64,000 bases of DNA from a bacterium (GTDB lineage Bacteria > Zhuqueibacterota > Zhuqueibacteria > Residuimicrobiales > Krinioviventaceae): the NCBI GenBank assembly GCA_963693055.1, contig OY843751.1, forward strand, positions 3,936,001 to 4,000,000, in the 5' to 3' direction. Of this stretch, positions 9,873 through 20,063 are shown piece by piece. The position numbers and the translations under genes are program-made. The notes beneath the pieces were generated by a model. That model had not been told where the DNA came from and made no database searches. It was given only the letters and a program-made list of their open reading frames with translations. The number at the start of each line of letters is the position of its first letter. The stretch's first letter is position 1.

Positions 9873-10316
9873 ATGAACAAGGCTGAATTGATAAAAAAAA
9901 TGAATGTACTATTAGCTGATTTACAGGTTGAATATGTCAAATTGCACAATTATCACTGGAATGTCAAAGGTCAACTGTTCTTTAGCATCCATAATGTAAC
10001 CGAAGAGTATTATGAATACATGACCGGTCAATATGACGAGGTCGCTGAGCGCATCTTACAGTTGGGTGGAAAGCCGCTTGCAACCATGGCAGAATATCTT
10101 GAAAACGCAAACCTGAAAGAAGAGAGCAATAACGAATTCAATGCTGGACAAGTGATTGAGGCACTGTTGAGCGATTTCAGTTCCCTGCTTGAATCTTTTA
10201 AATCCGTTTCAGAGGCAGCCGGAGAAGCCGGTGATGTTTCAACCGCCAACATTGCGGATGATAACATCCAGTGGTTTGAAAAAGCAATCTGGATGCTCAA
10301 AGCACACCAAAGTTAA
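9873..10316 (+). CDS. dps: Dps family DNA-protection / ferritin-like protein
   Basis: KLHNYHWNVKG, F..IH...EEYY, DEVAERILQLGG, EKAIWML; AGGAG RBS before ATG 9873. Confidence 0.95.
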   Translation: MNKAELIKKMNVLLADLQVEYVKLHNYHWNVKGQLFFSIHNVTEEYYEYMTGQYDEVAERILQLGGKPLATMAEYLENANLKEESNNEFNAGQVIEALLSDFSSLLESFKSVSEAAGEAGDVSTANIADDNIQWFEKAIWMLKAHQS

Positions 10317-10321
10317 TATTC

Positions 10322-10349
10322 AAGCCCGCTCTTTTGAGCGGGCTTTTCT
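10322..10349 (+). terminator. Rho-independent terminator after dps
   Basis: AAGCCCGCTC-TTTT-GAGCGGGCTT followed by TT. Confidence 0.85.
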
Positions 10350-10587
10350 CATCTTCCCCCAAATTACATTTTAAAGTTACCCCAAATTTTTATTCAATCT
10401 TTTTTAACACTAAAAATAATTCCAAATCCTTGTTTTATAAGAATTTTCAAACCAGGTAAAATAAATTCCTGTTCTTTTAAGAAACTTGACTTGTATTATT
10501 ACTAAATTTTTACTATATTAGTTTAACAACTCCGAGACAAATCCCAATTACAATTTTAATTTTTTAATTTAACACAGAACGATTACT

Positions 10588-12027
10588 ATGTTATTTAATT
10601 CTGTGCAGTTTCTTATATTTTTTCCACTATCGGTGGCATTCTATTTCAGTACACCTGCCAAATACCGATGGACAATTTTACTGGCAGCCAGCTACTATTT
10701 TTACATGTCATGGAGGCCTGAATACGCGATCCTGATTCTTGGCTCGACTATAGTGGACTATATTGCCGCTATAAAAATGAGCAATTATGCGGACAAAAAA
10801 AAGCGTACGCTCATATTGATGTTCAGCCTGATCACCAACCTGGGCTTGCTGTTTACATTTAAATACTTGAATTTCTTTAGTGATTCTTTTTACAATATAT
10901 TCAAGTTATTTAACCACAATGCTACACCTTTTGAGCTCAATGTATTACTACCGGTTGGTATTTCCTTTTATACATTTCAAACCCTGAGCTATACCATTGA
11001 TGTCTATCGTGGGGACCGCGAGCCTGAACGTCATTTTGGGATATTTGCGGTGTATGTATCTTTTTTTCCCCAATTGGTTGCCGGACCTATTGAACGGTCC
11101 ACAACACTTTTACCCCAGTTTCACAAAACTTTTGAACCCCGGTACGATAATATGAAATACGGATTGCAGCTTGCTGCATGGGGTATGTTTAAAAAAGTGG
11201 TCATTGCAGATCGATTGGCATTGTTTGTAAACCAGGCCTACTCCCTGCCCAATAATTACACAGGGTTTGACACTTTACTGGCAACCTATTTTTTCGCTTT
11301 TCAAATTTATTGTGACTTTTCAGGTTATTCGGATATTGCTATTGGCGTTGCGCGTGTTTTCGGCTACAAGTTTATGAAAAATTTTGATCGTCCCTATTTC
11401 TCACAATCTATTCACGAATTCTGGAAACGTTGGCACATCTCACTTTCCAGTTGGTTCAGAGACTATTTGTACATTCCCCTTGGAGGTAACCGGGTTTCAA
11501 AAAACAGACTGCATTTCAACACAATGGCTGTCTTTTTAACAAGTGGGTTGTGGCATGGCGCCAACTGGACATTTGTAGTGTGGGGGGGCTTGCATGGAAT
11601 ATTTTTAATCTTTGAAAAATGGAGCCAAAAAACCAGGGGAAAAATATATGCACTCACCGGAATTAACAAAATTTCTCATTTGCAACAATTTATCAATATC
11701 ATAATTACTTTTCACCTGGTCTTGTTTTCATGGGTATTCTTTAGAGCCCAATCCCTTGGCTTTGTATTTATGATTTTTAAAAAAATTGCCAAATCAATTA
11801 TTTACTTTAATCCCAACAAATTGTTTGTACATCCAATAAGCCCGATTTATTTCTTTGTTATCTTTTTACTCATCATTGTGGAAATTTTACAAAGCCATTA
11901 TCGGTTGCGTGAAACCATTGCCAGATTTCCGGCATGGCTTCGCTGGACAATCTATTATGTTGGTTTGTTTTCTTTGTATTACCTGGGTGAATTTAACGAA
12001 CAGGAATTTATCTATTTTCAATTTTAA
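10588..12027 (+). CDS. MBOAT family O-acyltransferase (AlgI/DltB-like), copy 2
   Basis: Same motifs and same length (479 aa) as 5088-6527. Confidence 0.95.
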   Translation: MLFNSVQFLIFFPLSVAFYFSTPAKYRWTILLAASYYFYMSWRPEYAILILGSTIVDYIAAIKMSNYADKKKRTLILMFSLITNLGLLFTFKYLNFFSDSFYNIFKLFNHNATPFELNVLLPVGISFYTFQTLSYTIDVYRGDREPERHFGIFAVYVSFFPQLVAGPIERSTTLLPQFHKTFEPRYDNMKYGLQLAAWGMFKKVVIADRLALFVNQAYSLPNNYTGFDTLLATYFFAFQIYCDFSGYSDIAIGVARVFGYKFMKNFDRPYFSQSIHEFWKRWHISLSSWFRDYLYIPLGGNRVSKNRLHFNTMAVFLTSGLWHGANWTFVVWGGLHGIFLIFEKWSQKTRGKIYALTGINKISHLQQFINIIITFHLVLFSWVFFRAQSLGFVFMIFKKIAKSIIYFNPNKLFVHPISPIYFFVIFLLIIVEILQSHYRLRETIARFPAWLRWTIYYVGLFSLYYLGEFNEQEFIYFQF

Positions 12028-12030
12028 ATT

Positions 12031-13059
12031 ATGAAAAAAATAATAATAAAACTTTTATTCTTTATACCCGTGATCATCATTATTATCACGCCTATTATTA
12101 TAGTTGATCCATTACACTTGTTTGGATATGACCATGGATTAAACACAAAATGTTTTTATGACCAACGGTTGGTTAAAGCCAATATACTTCAATATGAGAA
12201 TCCGGATTATAATGCTATCATCATTGGCAGCAGCCGGACCCGGTATATGGGAAATATGCAAATTGGCAAGTATAAAATACTCAACATTAGCCTAGAAGGC
12301 CTGGGACTTGAAGACTTTCAGGGATTTATGGATCTTGCCAGAGATAATGCGCCAGATTCGCTTGATTGTGTTATTGTTGCTTTGGATATGTTTGGCGTCA
12401 ATATAAACCGCCAAAGCCGGAATCAGTTTAAAACTACAGACGAATACCTGCAAGATTCCCAAGACTTTTCTTATCTTGCCGGTATCATGATCAGTCCAAA
12501 GAGCTTTAAATACAGTGTGAAATATTTATCAAATTATATTTTTAACGGACGGGATGCAGTAAAATCATGGACTGAGCTCAATGTACCTGCTCCCCCAAAC
12601 AAAAAATGGCACCTCAAACGCATAAACAAAGCCTTTGCCGGTTGGGAGTTTGATGAAAAAAGTATAGCAATACTTGAAAAAATGAAAAACGATTATAAAG
12701 ACTATAACATAATATACATTGTAAATCCGGTTTCTGTTGAAATGTTACAAATCATTGAAAAACAGAATCGTACAACCGATTTCTTGAACTGGCTGCGCAT
12801 GCTTGCACAAAAACTGGATGGATATTATAATTTTATGGATATTACCCCATTAACAACAACTCCAAACAAATGGCGAGACATTAGTCACGCCTTGCCCGAT
12901 TCCATGAAACAACAAATTCAGTCAGTTGTATTAAATGAAACTGACAATCCCAATTTCACATTTATCACCAGTCAAAATGTTGATAGTATTTTGACCTGCA
13001 TCCAAAACAGAATTGATGAATTTGATTACTCACAAAAAGGATATCATGTAAAGTATTGA
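12031..13059 (+). CDS. Membrane-anchored SGNH-like acyl-transfer partner, copy 2
   Basis: Paralogue of 6545-7600: IIIGSSR, DISH, TDNPNFTFITS. Confidence 0.7.
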   Translation: MKKIIIKLLFFIPVIIIIITPIIIVDPLHLFGYDHGLNTKCFYDQRLVKANILQYENPDYNAIIIGSSRTRYMGNMQIGKYKILNISLEGLGLEDFQGFMDLARDNAPDSLDCVIVALDMFGVNINRQSRNQFKTTDEYLQDSQDFSYLAGIMISPKSFKYSVKYLSNYIFNGRDAVKSWTELNVPAPPNKKWHLKRINKAFAGWEFDEKSIAILEKMKNDYKDYNIIYIVNPVSVEMLQIIEKQNRTTDFLNWLRMLAQKLDGYYNFMDITPLTTTPNKWRDISHALPDSMKQQIQSVVLNETDNPNFTFITSQNVDSILTCIQNRIDEFDYSQKGYHVKY

Positions 13060-13120
13060 GTATCTCTGTTTTTTGCTAAATCAATATTTTTTCAAACATC
13101 TTAAAACTATCTATACTAAC

Positions 13121-13163
13121 AAAAAGAGGCCCGAACGATAATCATCCGGACCTCTTTTTTTTT
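13121..13163. terminator. Bidirectional terminator between convergent genes
   Basis: AAAAAGAGG-CCCGA...TCCGGA-CCTCTTTTTTTTT. Confidence 0.7.
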
Positions 13164-13183
13164 GGAGTGTAATTGGGTATTTA

Positions 13184-13573
13184 TTACAGGGATTCTATAA
13201 CATTTTTCAATTTCTGTTGTATTGTGGTTGCCACCTCGGCCAGGCTTTCATTCTTGACAGCCTGCATTGACGCTGCCGGGTCAACAGCAGTGACTTCAGT
13301 CTTGCCACCATCCGCATCCTGTACAATCACATTACAGGGCAACATGGCTCCAATCATTCTTTCGGTCTGTAGCGCTTTATAAGCATTAGGGGGATTGCAA
13401 GCACCCAGGATCTTGTACTTGCGAAAATCTACATCCAGTTTATTTTTCAAAGTGGCCTGAACATCAATTTCAGTTAAAACACCAAAACCTTCGGTTTTCA
13501 ACTGTTCTGTTACATATTCAACTGCCTCATCAAAAGGCTTGTCAATTACTTTAGTATAATAATAACTCATCAT
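13184..13573 (-). CDS. DUF302 family protein
   Basis: GFGVLTEIDVQATLK, YKILGACNP, IGAMLPCNVIV. Confidence 0.9.
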   Translation of the reverse strand: MMSYYYTKVIDKPFDEAVEYVTEQLKTEGFGVLTEIDVQATLKNKLDVDFRKYKILGACNPPNAYKALQTERMIGAMLPCNVIVQDADGGKTEVTAVDPAASMQAVKNESLAEVATTIQQKLKNVIESL

Positions 13574-13741
13574 GTTCTCCCAAAATTATTTCATCCGATA
13601 ATTATACCGGATTTGTTACCTCTATACATTGGATGCCGCAAAGAACGTTTGGGTTCAAAAATTCAAACATCTTTTTTATCTAGTATAATTTTTTTTTACA
13701 TTCTTTACAAAATTTCAGACTTTTTTTAAAATATCATTCAT

Positions 13742-15628
13742 TTATTCAGGTACAACATTTATAGTAATTAAAGAAGAATATTGACTGCATCTAAAAATAC
13801 GCTGTACAGATTTTTGAAAATCATTCGATTCCGCTTTATTAATATTACAAAATTTTTGTGGATTAATATCAAAAAGTGGAAACCATGTACTCTGGATTTG
13901 TACCATGATCCGATGACCCTTTAAAAAACGATGATTTATATCAGGCAGTTCAAACTTGACTCTTGTTATCTGGTCTGGAACAAAAGGTTGTGGATCTTTA
14001 AAGCTGCTTCTGAATTTGCCTCGCATTATTTCACCTCTTACCAACATCTGGTATCCTCCCATATGCGTTCCGGATGGAAGCTCTTCAGGATCACGAGTTG
14101 AATCAGGAAAAACATCAACAAGCTTAACAATCCAGTCCGAATCCGTTCCAGATGTTGAAACATACAAATCAGCGACAATAGGTCCTGATACAACCATATC
14201 TTTATCCAGCTCTTGACTAGAATAAAACAAAACATCCGGGCGCCTTGCAGCAAACCTTTGATCTTCAACCATATAGGTTTTAGGAACCCGATTTGTTATT
14301 TCTTGTGTAAAAGGAACCGGTTTTTGAGGGTCGCTTATATATTCATCAAAACCATTCAAATTAGAACCAACCGGTTTTTGCATAACCAACTTGTTATTAG
14401 ATTCAAGATAGAGTGTTTTTTTAACTATATTCTCAGGTGGCCAGTTATTGTAAAATTTCCATATATTGGATCCGGTTTCAAAAGCGGTAACCTTTTGCAA
14501 TTCTTTTAAATCACCTTTTCCTTTTAAATAATAATTAAAAAAGGGTAATTCAATTTCTTTTTGAAAAAAACCCCCTGCTTTTGTTTTGAAATCAAAAATT
14601 CCCAAAGATGTATCTCCGGTATTGGACCAATTGCCATGTGTCCAGGGCCCCATAACAAAATAACATTCTACATTCCGGTTTTGATTTTTGATATGATAAA
14701 AAGTTTGCAATGTTCCCAGCAAATCTTCTGCATCATACCATCCTCCGGCAACTAAAACAGCAGGAGAAATCCCTTTCAAATGGGGATATATGGATCGCTC
14801 CTGCCAAAACGTATCATAGGTATCATGTTCAAGAACCTGCTGCCACCATTCATTATTTTTAAAATAATTCAGAATATTTCCAACTGGTCCCATTTTCATA
14901 AAAAAGGAATATGCATCGGGTTCAGGAAATTGAAAACCAGAAGGTTTAGACTGCTCTAATCCAGATCGTGGTGTTCCCATACTTCCGAAAAAAGTAAAGG
15001 CATGATTTAAATAGAGAGCACCATAATGATGGCCATCATCTCCCAAAAATAAATCGGACATGGGTGCCTGTGGTGAAACGGCAACAAGAGCCGGATGAGA
15101 ATTTACAAGCGACATGGCAGCATAAAATCCAGGGTAAGAGGTCCCATATATTCCAACTTTACCATTGTGATTAGGAATGTTTTCGAGTAACCATTCTATA
15201 GTATCATAAGCATCTGTTGATTCATCCGCAACCAAATCATTATTACTGATTGGACGCATATTTTCAAACGTACCTTCTGACATGTAACGACCACGAACAT
15301 CCTGAAAAACAAAAATAAACTTTTCTTGTGCAAAATGCATTGAAGGGCCTAACATTGTATCATAAGCTTCTCCATAAGGCTTTATGCTATAAGGGGTTCT
15401 TTCAAATAAAATAGGATATTTTTGATCAAGATTATTAGGTAAGTAGACTTGGGTGAATAAGGTTTTCCCATCCCGCATAGGTATTCGATATTCATTTTTA
15501 GTATAATTTTCATGAATAAATTCAGCCAATTCACTTTTGACAGAATCTGCGAGAACTGATGTACTGATTAAAATCAAAGTAATTAAATTAAGTAAAACTT
15601 TATTTAAAAGACGAATAGCACAGAACAC
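13742..15628 (-). CDS. CocE/NonD family serine hydrolase (peptidase S15 / glutaryl-7-ACA acylase-like)
   Basis: IPMRDG, RTPY, QDVRGRYMSEG, GTSYPG nucleophile motif, GGWYDAED, GPWTHG. Confidence 0.92.
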   Translation of the reverse strand: MFCAIRLLNKVLLNLITLILISTSVLADSVKSELAEFIHENYTKNEYRIPMRDGKTLFTQVYLPNNLDQKYPILFERTPYSIKPYGEAYDTMLGPSMHFAQEKFIFVFQDVRGRYMSEGTFENMRPISNNDLVADESTDAYDTIEWLLENIPNHNGKVGIYGTSYPGFYAAMSLVNSHPALVAVSPQAPMSDLFLGDDGHHYGALYLNHAFTFFGSMGTPRSGLEQSKPSGFQFPEPDAYSFFMKMGPVGNILNYFKNNEWWQQVLEHDTYDTFWQERSIYPHLKGISPAVLVAGGWYDAEDLLGTLQTFYHIKNQNRNVECYFVMGPWTHGNWSNTGDTSLGIFDFKTKAGGFFQKEIELPFFNYYLKGKGDLKELQKVTAFETGSNIWKFYNNWPPENIVKKTLYLESNNKLVMQKPVGSNLNGFDEYISDPQKPVPFTQEITNRVPKTYMVEDQRFAARRPDVLFYSSQELDKDMVVSGPIVADLYVSTSGTDSDWIVKLVDVFPDSTRDPEELPSGTHMGGYQMLVRGEIMRGKFRSSFKDPQPFVPDQITRVKFELPDINHRFLKGHRIMVQIQSTWFPLFDINPQKFCNINKAESNDFQKSVQRIFRCSQYSSLITINVVPE

Positions 15629-15893
15629 AAAACCTCCAATTTTTTACATCAAATATAATAACAAGAATTAAAAAAGCCAGGATAATATTTCATTAAAACA
15701 AACTGAAAAAAACAAACCCTGCTTTTACCAATATTGGGCTAGTGGATTATAAAATCGAATTTAAATCATGGCAACTCAAACTTGAAATCTGAATCTTGGC
15801 AGAAATTTACGGGGAATTGCTTTAATGGTACAGCAAATTATGCACGTATAACGGGTGGGAACCACATGTCAAATCAGATATCACTGTCAATGC

Positions 15894-16055
15894 TTACCAA
15901 CGATTTATCTGTTCATATTTGCGTACCTTTCTCAATCCCTCGCGAGTAAAGTTCGCCTGTAAATCCCTGCGGTCCTCCCCAAACAGGTCCCGATATACCC
16001 GGTACTGTATGGAGACATCGCCACCCAAGAGCCAGGTAATTACATCAGATATCAT
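15894..16055 (-). pseudogene. Truncated N-terminus of a prenyltransferase/squalene-cyclase-like hypothetical protein
   Basis: 53-aa ORF MISDVITWLLGGDVSIQYRVYRDLFGEDRRDLQANFTREG... ending prematurely; resembles 'WLLEGDVSIQYQVYRDL' family N-terminus from memory. Confidence 0.5.
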
Positions 16056-16134
16056 AGAATATACCTTTAGTACAATATCCTTTTATATATACAAAGGTAT
16101 AGAATGAAATTCAAGAGAAAATTTATCAATCGAT

Positions 16135-16160
16135 TGAAACCTCCTCTCCATTTAAACGTA
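16135..16160 (+). promoter_or_regulatory. ECF sigma (SigW-like) promoter upstream of M16 peptidase pair
   Basis: TGAAAC-N16-CGTA. Confidence 0.55.
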
Positions 16161-16254
16161 TGTATTATATTACCCCGGCGTATGGAATGACTACCCAAAT
16201 TTTGTTGTTCCATAATTCATATCAAATCGACCTCAACCCATGCATGGAGGATGT

Positions 16255-17577
16255 ATGAAGCTTTTGAAAACCTTTCTGCTTGTATTGCTGACAGTTTCCG
16301 CTGTTACCGCAATGACGCAGGAAAAAGACATTCAAACCTTTACTCTGGACAATGGAATGAAATTCATTGTTCTGGAAGATCACGACATTCCAAACGCAAC
16401 ATTTTATATCTTTTGGAAAGTAGGGTCCCGTAACGAGGTGCCGGGCATTACCGGACTGTCCCACTTTTTTGAGCACATGATGTTCCTGGGCTCTGAAAAT
16501 TACGGTCCCGGTGAGTTTGACCGCGTCATGGAAGCCAATGGCGGCGCAAACAATGCCTATACTACCGAAGATGTTACCGTGTATATGGAATGGTTTCCCG
16601 CCCAGGCGCTTGAAACCATTTTCACGCTTGAAAGCGATCGTGTTGGCAAACTCGAATTCAATGACGAACGCATTGAGAGCGAACGCGCGGTTGTAACTTC
16701 CGAGCGCGTCACCCGTCTCGAAAACAGCAATTTTTCGCGATTAAACAGCACAGTCAAACCCACAGCCATGAGCGCGCATCCTTACAGATGGCCGGTCATT
16801 GGTCACGAGTCTGACATACGCAACTGGGTAAAATCTGATCTGCAAAACTATTTCAAAACCTATTATGCACCCAACAATGGCGTTGCGGTAGTAGTTGGTG
16901 ATTTGGGACTCGAAAAAGTCAAAAAGCTGGCTCAGGAATACTTTGGGCCCATACCCGCGCAGGAACCCGCACGCCCCATTCATACGGTTGAACCTGAACA
17001 AAACGGAGAGAAACGGGTAATTGAGCACAAGGAGGTATCTACTCCCAATTTGATGATGGTGCATCATGTTCCCAATGCAAAACATGAGGACTATTACGCG
17101 TTGGACATGCTGCAGGCTATATTGTCGGATGGTCGTTCATCCCGACTGTACAGCAGTCTGGTGGACCAACAGCAAAAAGCGGTTGAAATTTTCAGCTATT
17201 ATCCCACTTCGTTTGATCCTTTTCTGTTTTACATTTATGGTGTATGTAATCAGGATGTGTCAGAATCCGAGTTGGAAACTGCTATCCTTGACGAGCTCGA
17301 AATGATCAAAACCGATGGTGTAACCGAGCAGGAACTGCAAAAAATCAAAAACCGCAAACTGGTTTCATTCTATAAAAACATGGCAACGATTGACGGTAAA
17401 GCCTCTACCATTGGAGATTACGAGATTTATTTCGGGGACTATAAAAAATTGTTTAGCGCCCCCAAAGCGTATCAGGCAGTGACCGTCGACGATATCAAAC
17501 GCGTAGCCAATACCTATTTCACCAAAAGTAACCGTACCGTGGGCATTTTAATACCGGCAGAGGAGGACCCGTTATGA
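16255..17577 (+). CDS. M16 (insulinase/pitrilysin) zinc peptidase, catalytic subunit
   Basis: Signal peptide, VGSRNE..GITGLSHFFEHMMF (HxxEH), GG..NAYT, YYAPNN; GGAGG RBS. Confidence 0.95.
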   Translation: MKLLKTFLLVLLTVSAVTAMTQEKDIQTFTLDNGMKFIVLEDHDIPNATFYIFWKVGSRNEVPGITGLSHFFEHMMFLGSENYGPGEFDRVMEANGGANNAYTTEDVTVYMEWFPAQALETIFTLESDRVGKLEFNDERIESERAVVTSERVTRLENSNFSRLNSTVKPTAMSAHPYRWPVIGHESDIRNWVKSDLQNYFKTYYAPNNGVAVVVGDLGLEKVKKLAQEYFGPIPAQEPARPIHTVEPEQNGEKRVIEHKEVSTPNLMMVHHVPNAKHEDYYALDMLQAILSDGRSSRLYSSLVDQQQKAVEIFSYYPTSFDPFLFYIYGVCNQDVSESELETAILDELEMIKTDGVTEQELQKIKNRKLVSFYKNMATIDGKASTIGDYEIYFGDYKKLFSAPKAYQAVTVDDIKRVANTYFTKSNRTVGILIPAEEDPL

Positions 17578-18971
17578 GATCACGAATAGCATGGATATTT
17601 GCCGCAGTGCTGTTACTCCTTTTAACACTGCAATTGCCTCTTATGGCAGCAGGGACCTTTCAACTGCCCAAATATGATAAAGTAACCCTCAAAAACGGTT
17701 TGACCGTTTATTTATTAGAACAAAAAGAAGTGCCGCTGGTATACATCTCGATGGTCTTCCCGGCTGGTTCTGTCAAAGATGGCGAGCAATATGGATTGGC
17801 CTCACTAACCGCTGACGGACTATTATTCGGTACTGAAAATTACAGTAAAAAAGAGATTGAAGAACAATTGGATTTTATCGGTGCGTCTTTTGGTACCTCG
17901 GCCAGCAAGGAATATTCAAGACTCACCATGTCTTTTTTAAACAGCGATCAGGACAAGGTTTTTCCTCTGTTGAAAGAGATTGTGATGCATCCGGTTTTTG
18001 ATGAACAGGAATATGACAAAGCCAAATCCCGGTTACTGGTAAACCTTGAACGCGCGAAAGAGAATCCCCGCCAGGTGATGGGCAGTTATTATTACAAATT
18101 CCTGTTCGGAGATCATGTATATGGTAACCCTACAACGGGTACAGTTTCAAGCGTTACCAATCTGGGCGTAGATAACCTGAAATCATTTTACAAAGACAAT
18201 TATACACCCAAAGGCTCTGCTATTGCCATTGCCGGCGATTTTAATACCAAAGATATGAAAAAAGCGATTGAAGCCTTGTTCAAAGACTGGAACAACAAGG
18301 GCAAATCCGTTGATACAAAAAATGCAGACATTCCCAAACTCGATAAATCGCGAGTTCTGCTGGTAAACAAGGACGATGCAACCGAAACCCGGTTCATGAT
18401 CGGTCAACAGGGAATCAAACGCAGTAATCCCGATTATATCCCCATTCAGGTGGTCAATACCATCTTTGGCGGACGGTTTACATCGTGGTTGATGGATGAG
18501 CTACGCACCAAACGCGGACTTACCTATGGTGCATACAGCTATTTTCAACCGTTAAAGAACTCTGGTATTTTTGCTATCAGCAGCTTTACCCCCACAGATT
18601 CTACTGCCAAAGCGCTGGATGTGGCATTGTCAATTGTAGACAAACTCCATGACGAGGGTGTGGACGAAGAGACACTCCAGTCCGCAAAGAATTACATAAA
18701 GGGTCAATATCCCCCGGAATACGAAACATCGGGACAACTGGCCGATTTATTGACCGACATGTTTATCTATGACTTTGACGAATCATTCATCAATACATTT
18801 GAAAAAAATGTAGACAATATGACCACCGCCAAAGCCAAAGAGATTATTCAAAAATATTTCCCGCAAAAAAATTTACAGTTTGTACTTGTAGGCAAAGCAG
18901 ATGAGATCCGGGATATTGTAAAGGATTTTGGCGAAGTAACAGAAAAAGACATCAAAGCGGATGGGTTTTGA
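17574..18971 (+). CDS. M16 peptidase non-catalytic subunit
   Basis: M16 fold motifs (LKNGLTV, GLASLTA, FGGRFTSWL..ELRTKRGLTYG) but no HxxEH; ATGA overlap. Confidence 0.92.
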   Translation: MRSRIAWIFAAVLLLLLTLQLPLMAAGTFQLPKYDKVTLKNGLTVYLLEQKEVPLVYISMVFPAGSVKDGEQYGLASLTADGLLFGTENYSKKEIEEQLDFIGASFGTSASKEYSRLTMSFLNSDQDKVFPLLKEIVMHPVFDEQEYDKAKSRLLVNLERAKENPRQVMGSYYYKFLFGDHVYGNPTTGTVSSVTNLGVDNLKSFYKDNYTPKGSAIAIAGDFNTKDMKKAIEALFKDWNNKGKSVDTKNADIPKLDKSRVLLVNKDDATETRFMIGQQGIKRSNPDYIPIQVVNTIFGGRFTSWLMDELRTKRGLTYGAYSYFQPLKNSGIFAISSFTPTDSTAKALDVALSIVDKLHDEGVDEETLQSAKNYIKGQYPPEYETSGQLADLLTDMFIYDFDESFINTFEKNVDNMTTAKAKEIIQKYFPQKNLQFVLVGKADEIRDIVKDFGEVTEKDIKADGF

Positions 18972-19181
18972 TTGATTTGATAAAAGTTGTCAGTTTTCAG
19001 TAATCAGTTTTCAATCGGGTTCCTGGGCACTGCCCGGGGATATCAACATTACGATCGTGACAGAGATAATCTCTGTCACGTTTTTTTTGTCAATTATCCA
19101 CTTCCGTTTCCGAGACTCTGCCTTTGTACCTTTCTAGTCCGAGTTAGGATTTTCAGGCTTAAAAGATGACAAGATTCACAC

Positions 19182-19916
19182 TCAACGCCCCCTTCTTGAA
19201 GTATTCTCACGTGATCGGGATGCGGTCCTTTGCGTTTTCACCTGCTCTTGGTCATGGCTTGAATTATCTCTTATTGTTTTCCTCGTTTCCGCTTTATACG
19301 TCTGTGCCTGGTCACGTCTGGAACTATCTCTTTGGGTTTTTCTTGAATCCGTTGTATTCGCCTGCTCTTGTCCCCGCCGGGTATGAGGTCTTTGCTTTTG
19401 CGTTGTATGCGTTTTAGGTTTAGGATCTGTATTATGTGTATAATCCGGTTTGGGTTTTGGCGGTTTAGGTGGGTGTGGCGGATGTGGTGGTGGTGGCGGA
19501 GGTACAGGAACATCATGATATTTATCCATATATGCCTGTCGAAACATATACTCAAAATTACGGCCCCAAATATATTCAAACTCTGCAAACATGGCATCAT
19601 TATATCCCAAAGCGTATGGGGATAAACGTCCGTCTAATATGCCGGAATCTTTTTTTTCATCAATATCAAATTCTACCCATAAAAAATAACTGTACCCTTG
19701 TGTCAAAATACTACTCGCCGGATAAAAAAGAAACAACCTACCGCGCTCAAGGTCTTTATCCGCATCCATCATTCCCCGTTCATATTCCGCATCAAAAAAC
19801 ACCTGACGACTCGTATTATAGCGTGCAGAGTTTTGATTAGCATAATACACAGGTGCACAAGAGTAAAACAGGGGTACAATCAAGAGGGTCCACAACACTG
19901 TTAAATTCCGTTTCAT
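19182..19916 (-). CDS. Hypothetical lipoprotein with Pro/His-rich linker and basic disordered tail
   Basis: Lipobox-like FYSC, PPPPPPHPPHPPKPPKP, Arg/Gln/Thr-rich C-terminus. Confidence 0.7.
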   Translation of the reverse strand: MKRNLTVLWTLLIVPLFYSCAPVYYANQNSARYNTSRQVFFDAEYERGMMDADKDLERGRLFLFYPASSILTQGYSYFLWVEFDIDEKKDSGILDGRLSPYALGYNDAMFAEFEYIWGRNFEYMFRQAYMDKYHDVPVPPPPPPHPPHPPKPPKPKPDYTHNTDPKPKTHTTQKQRPHTRRGQEQANTTDSRKTQRDSSRRDQAQTYKAETRKTIRDNSSHDQEQVKTQRTASRSRENTSRRGR

Positions 19917-19990
19917 ACCAGCTCCATATTATTTGATGTGGCTTTCTATATATTTGACGTAACGTATTAAAGTGGTGTTTACAGCCGAAT

Positions 19991-20033
19991 AAAAAAAACC
20001 GCGGCAATACTATTTTAATATTACCGCGGTTTC
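19991..20033 (-). terminator. Rho-independent terminator after MCP
   Basis: AAACCGCGG...CCGCGGTTT stem with A8 on + strand (U tract on - strand). Confidence 0.8.
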
Positions 20034-20063
20034 AATCTATGTTAAGAGGATGAGAGAAGAAAC

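Noticed and set aside
18965-19180. CAGTTTTCAG short repeats and ORFs 18987-19169 / 19166-19417
   Set aside because: Too short and degenerate to define an element; ORFs lack RBS and motifs
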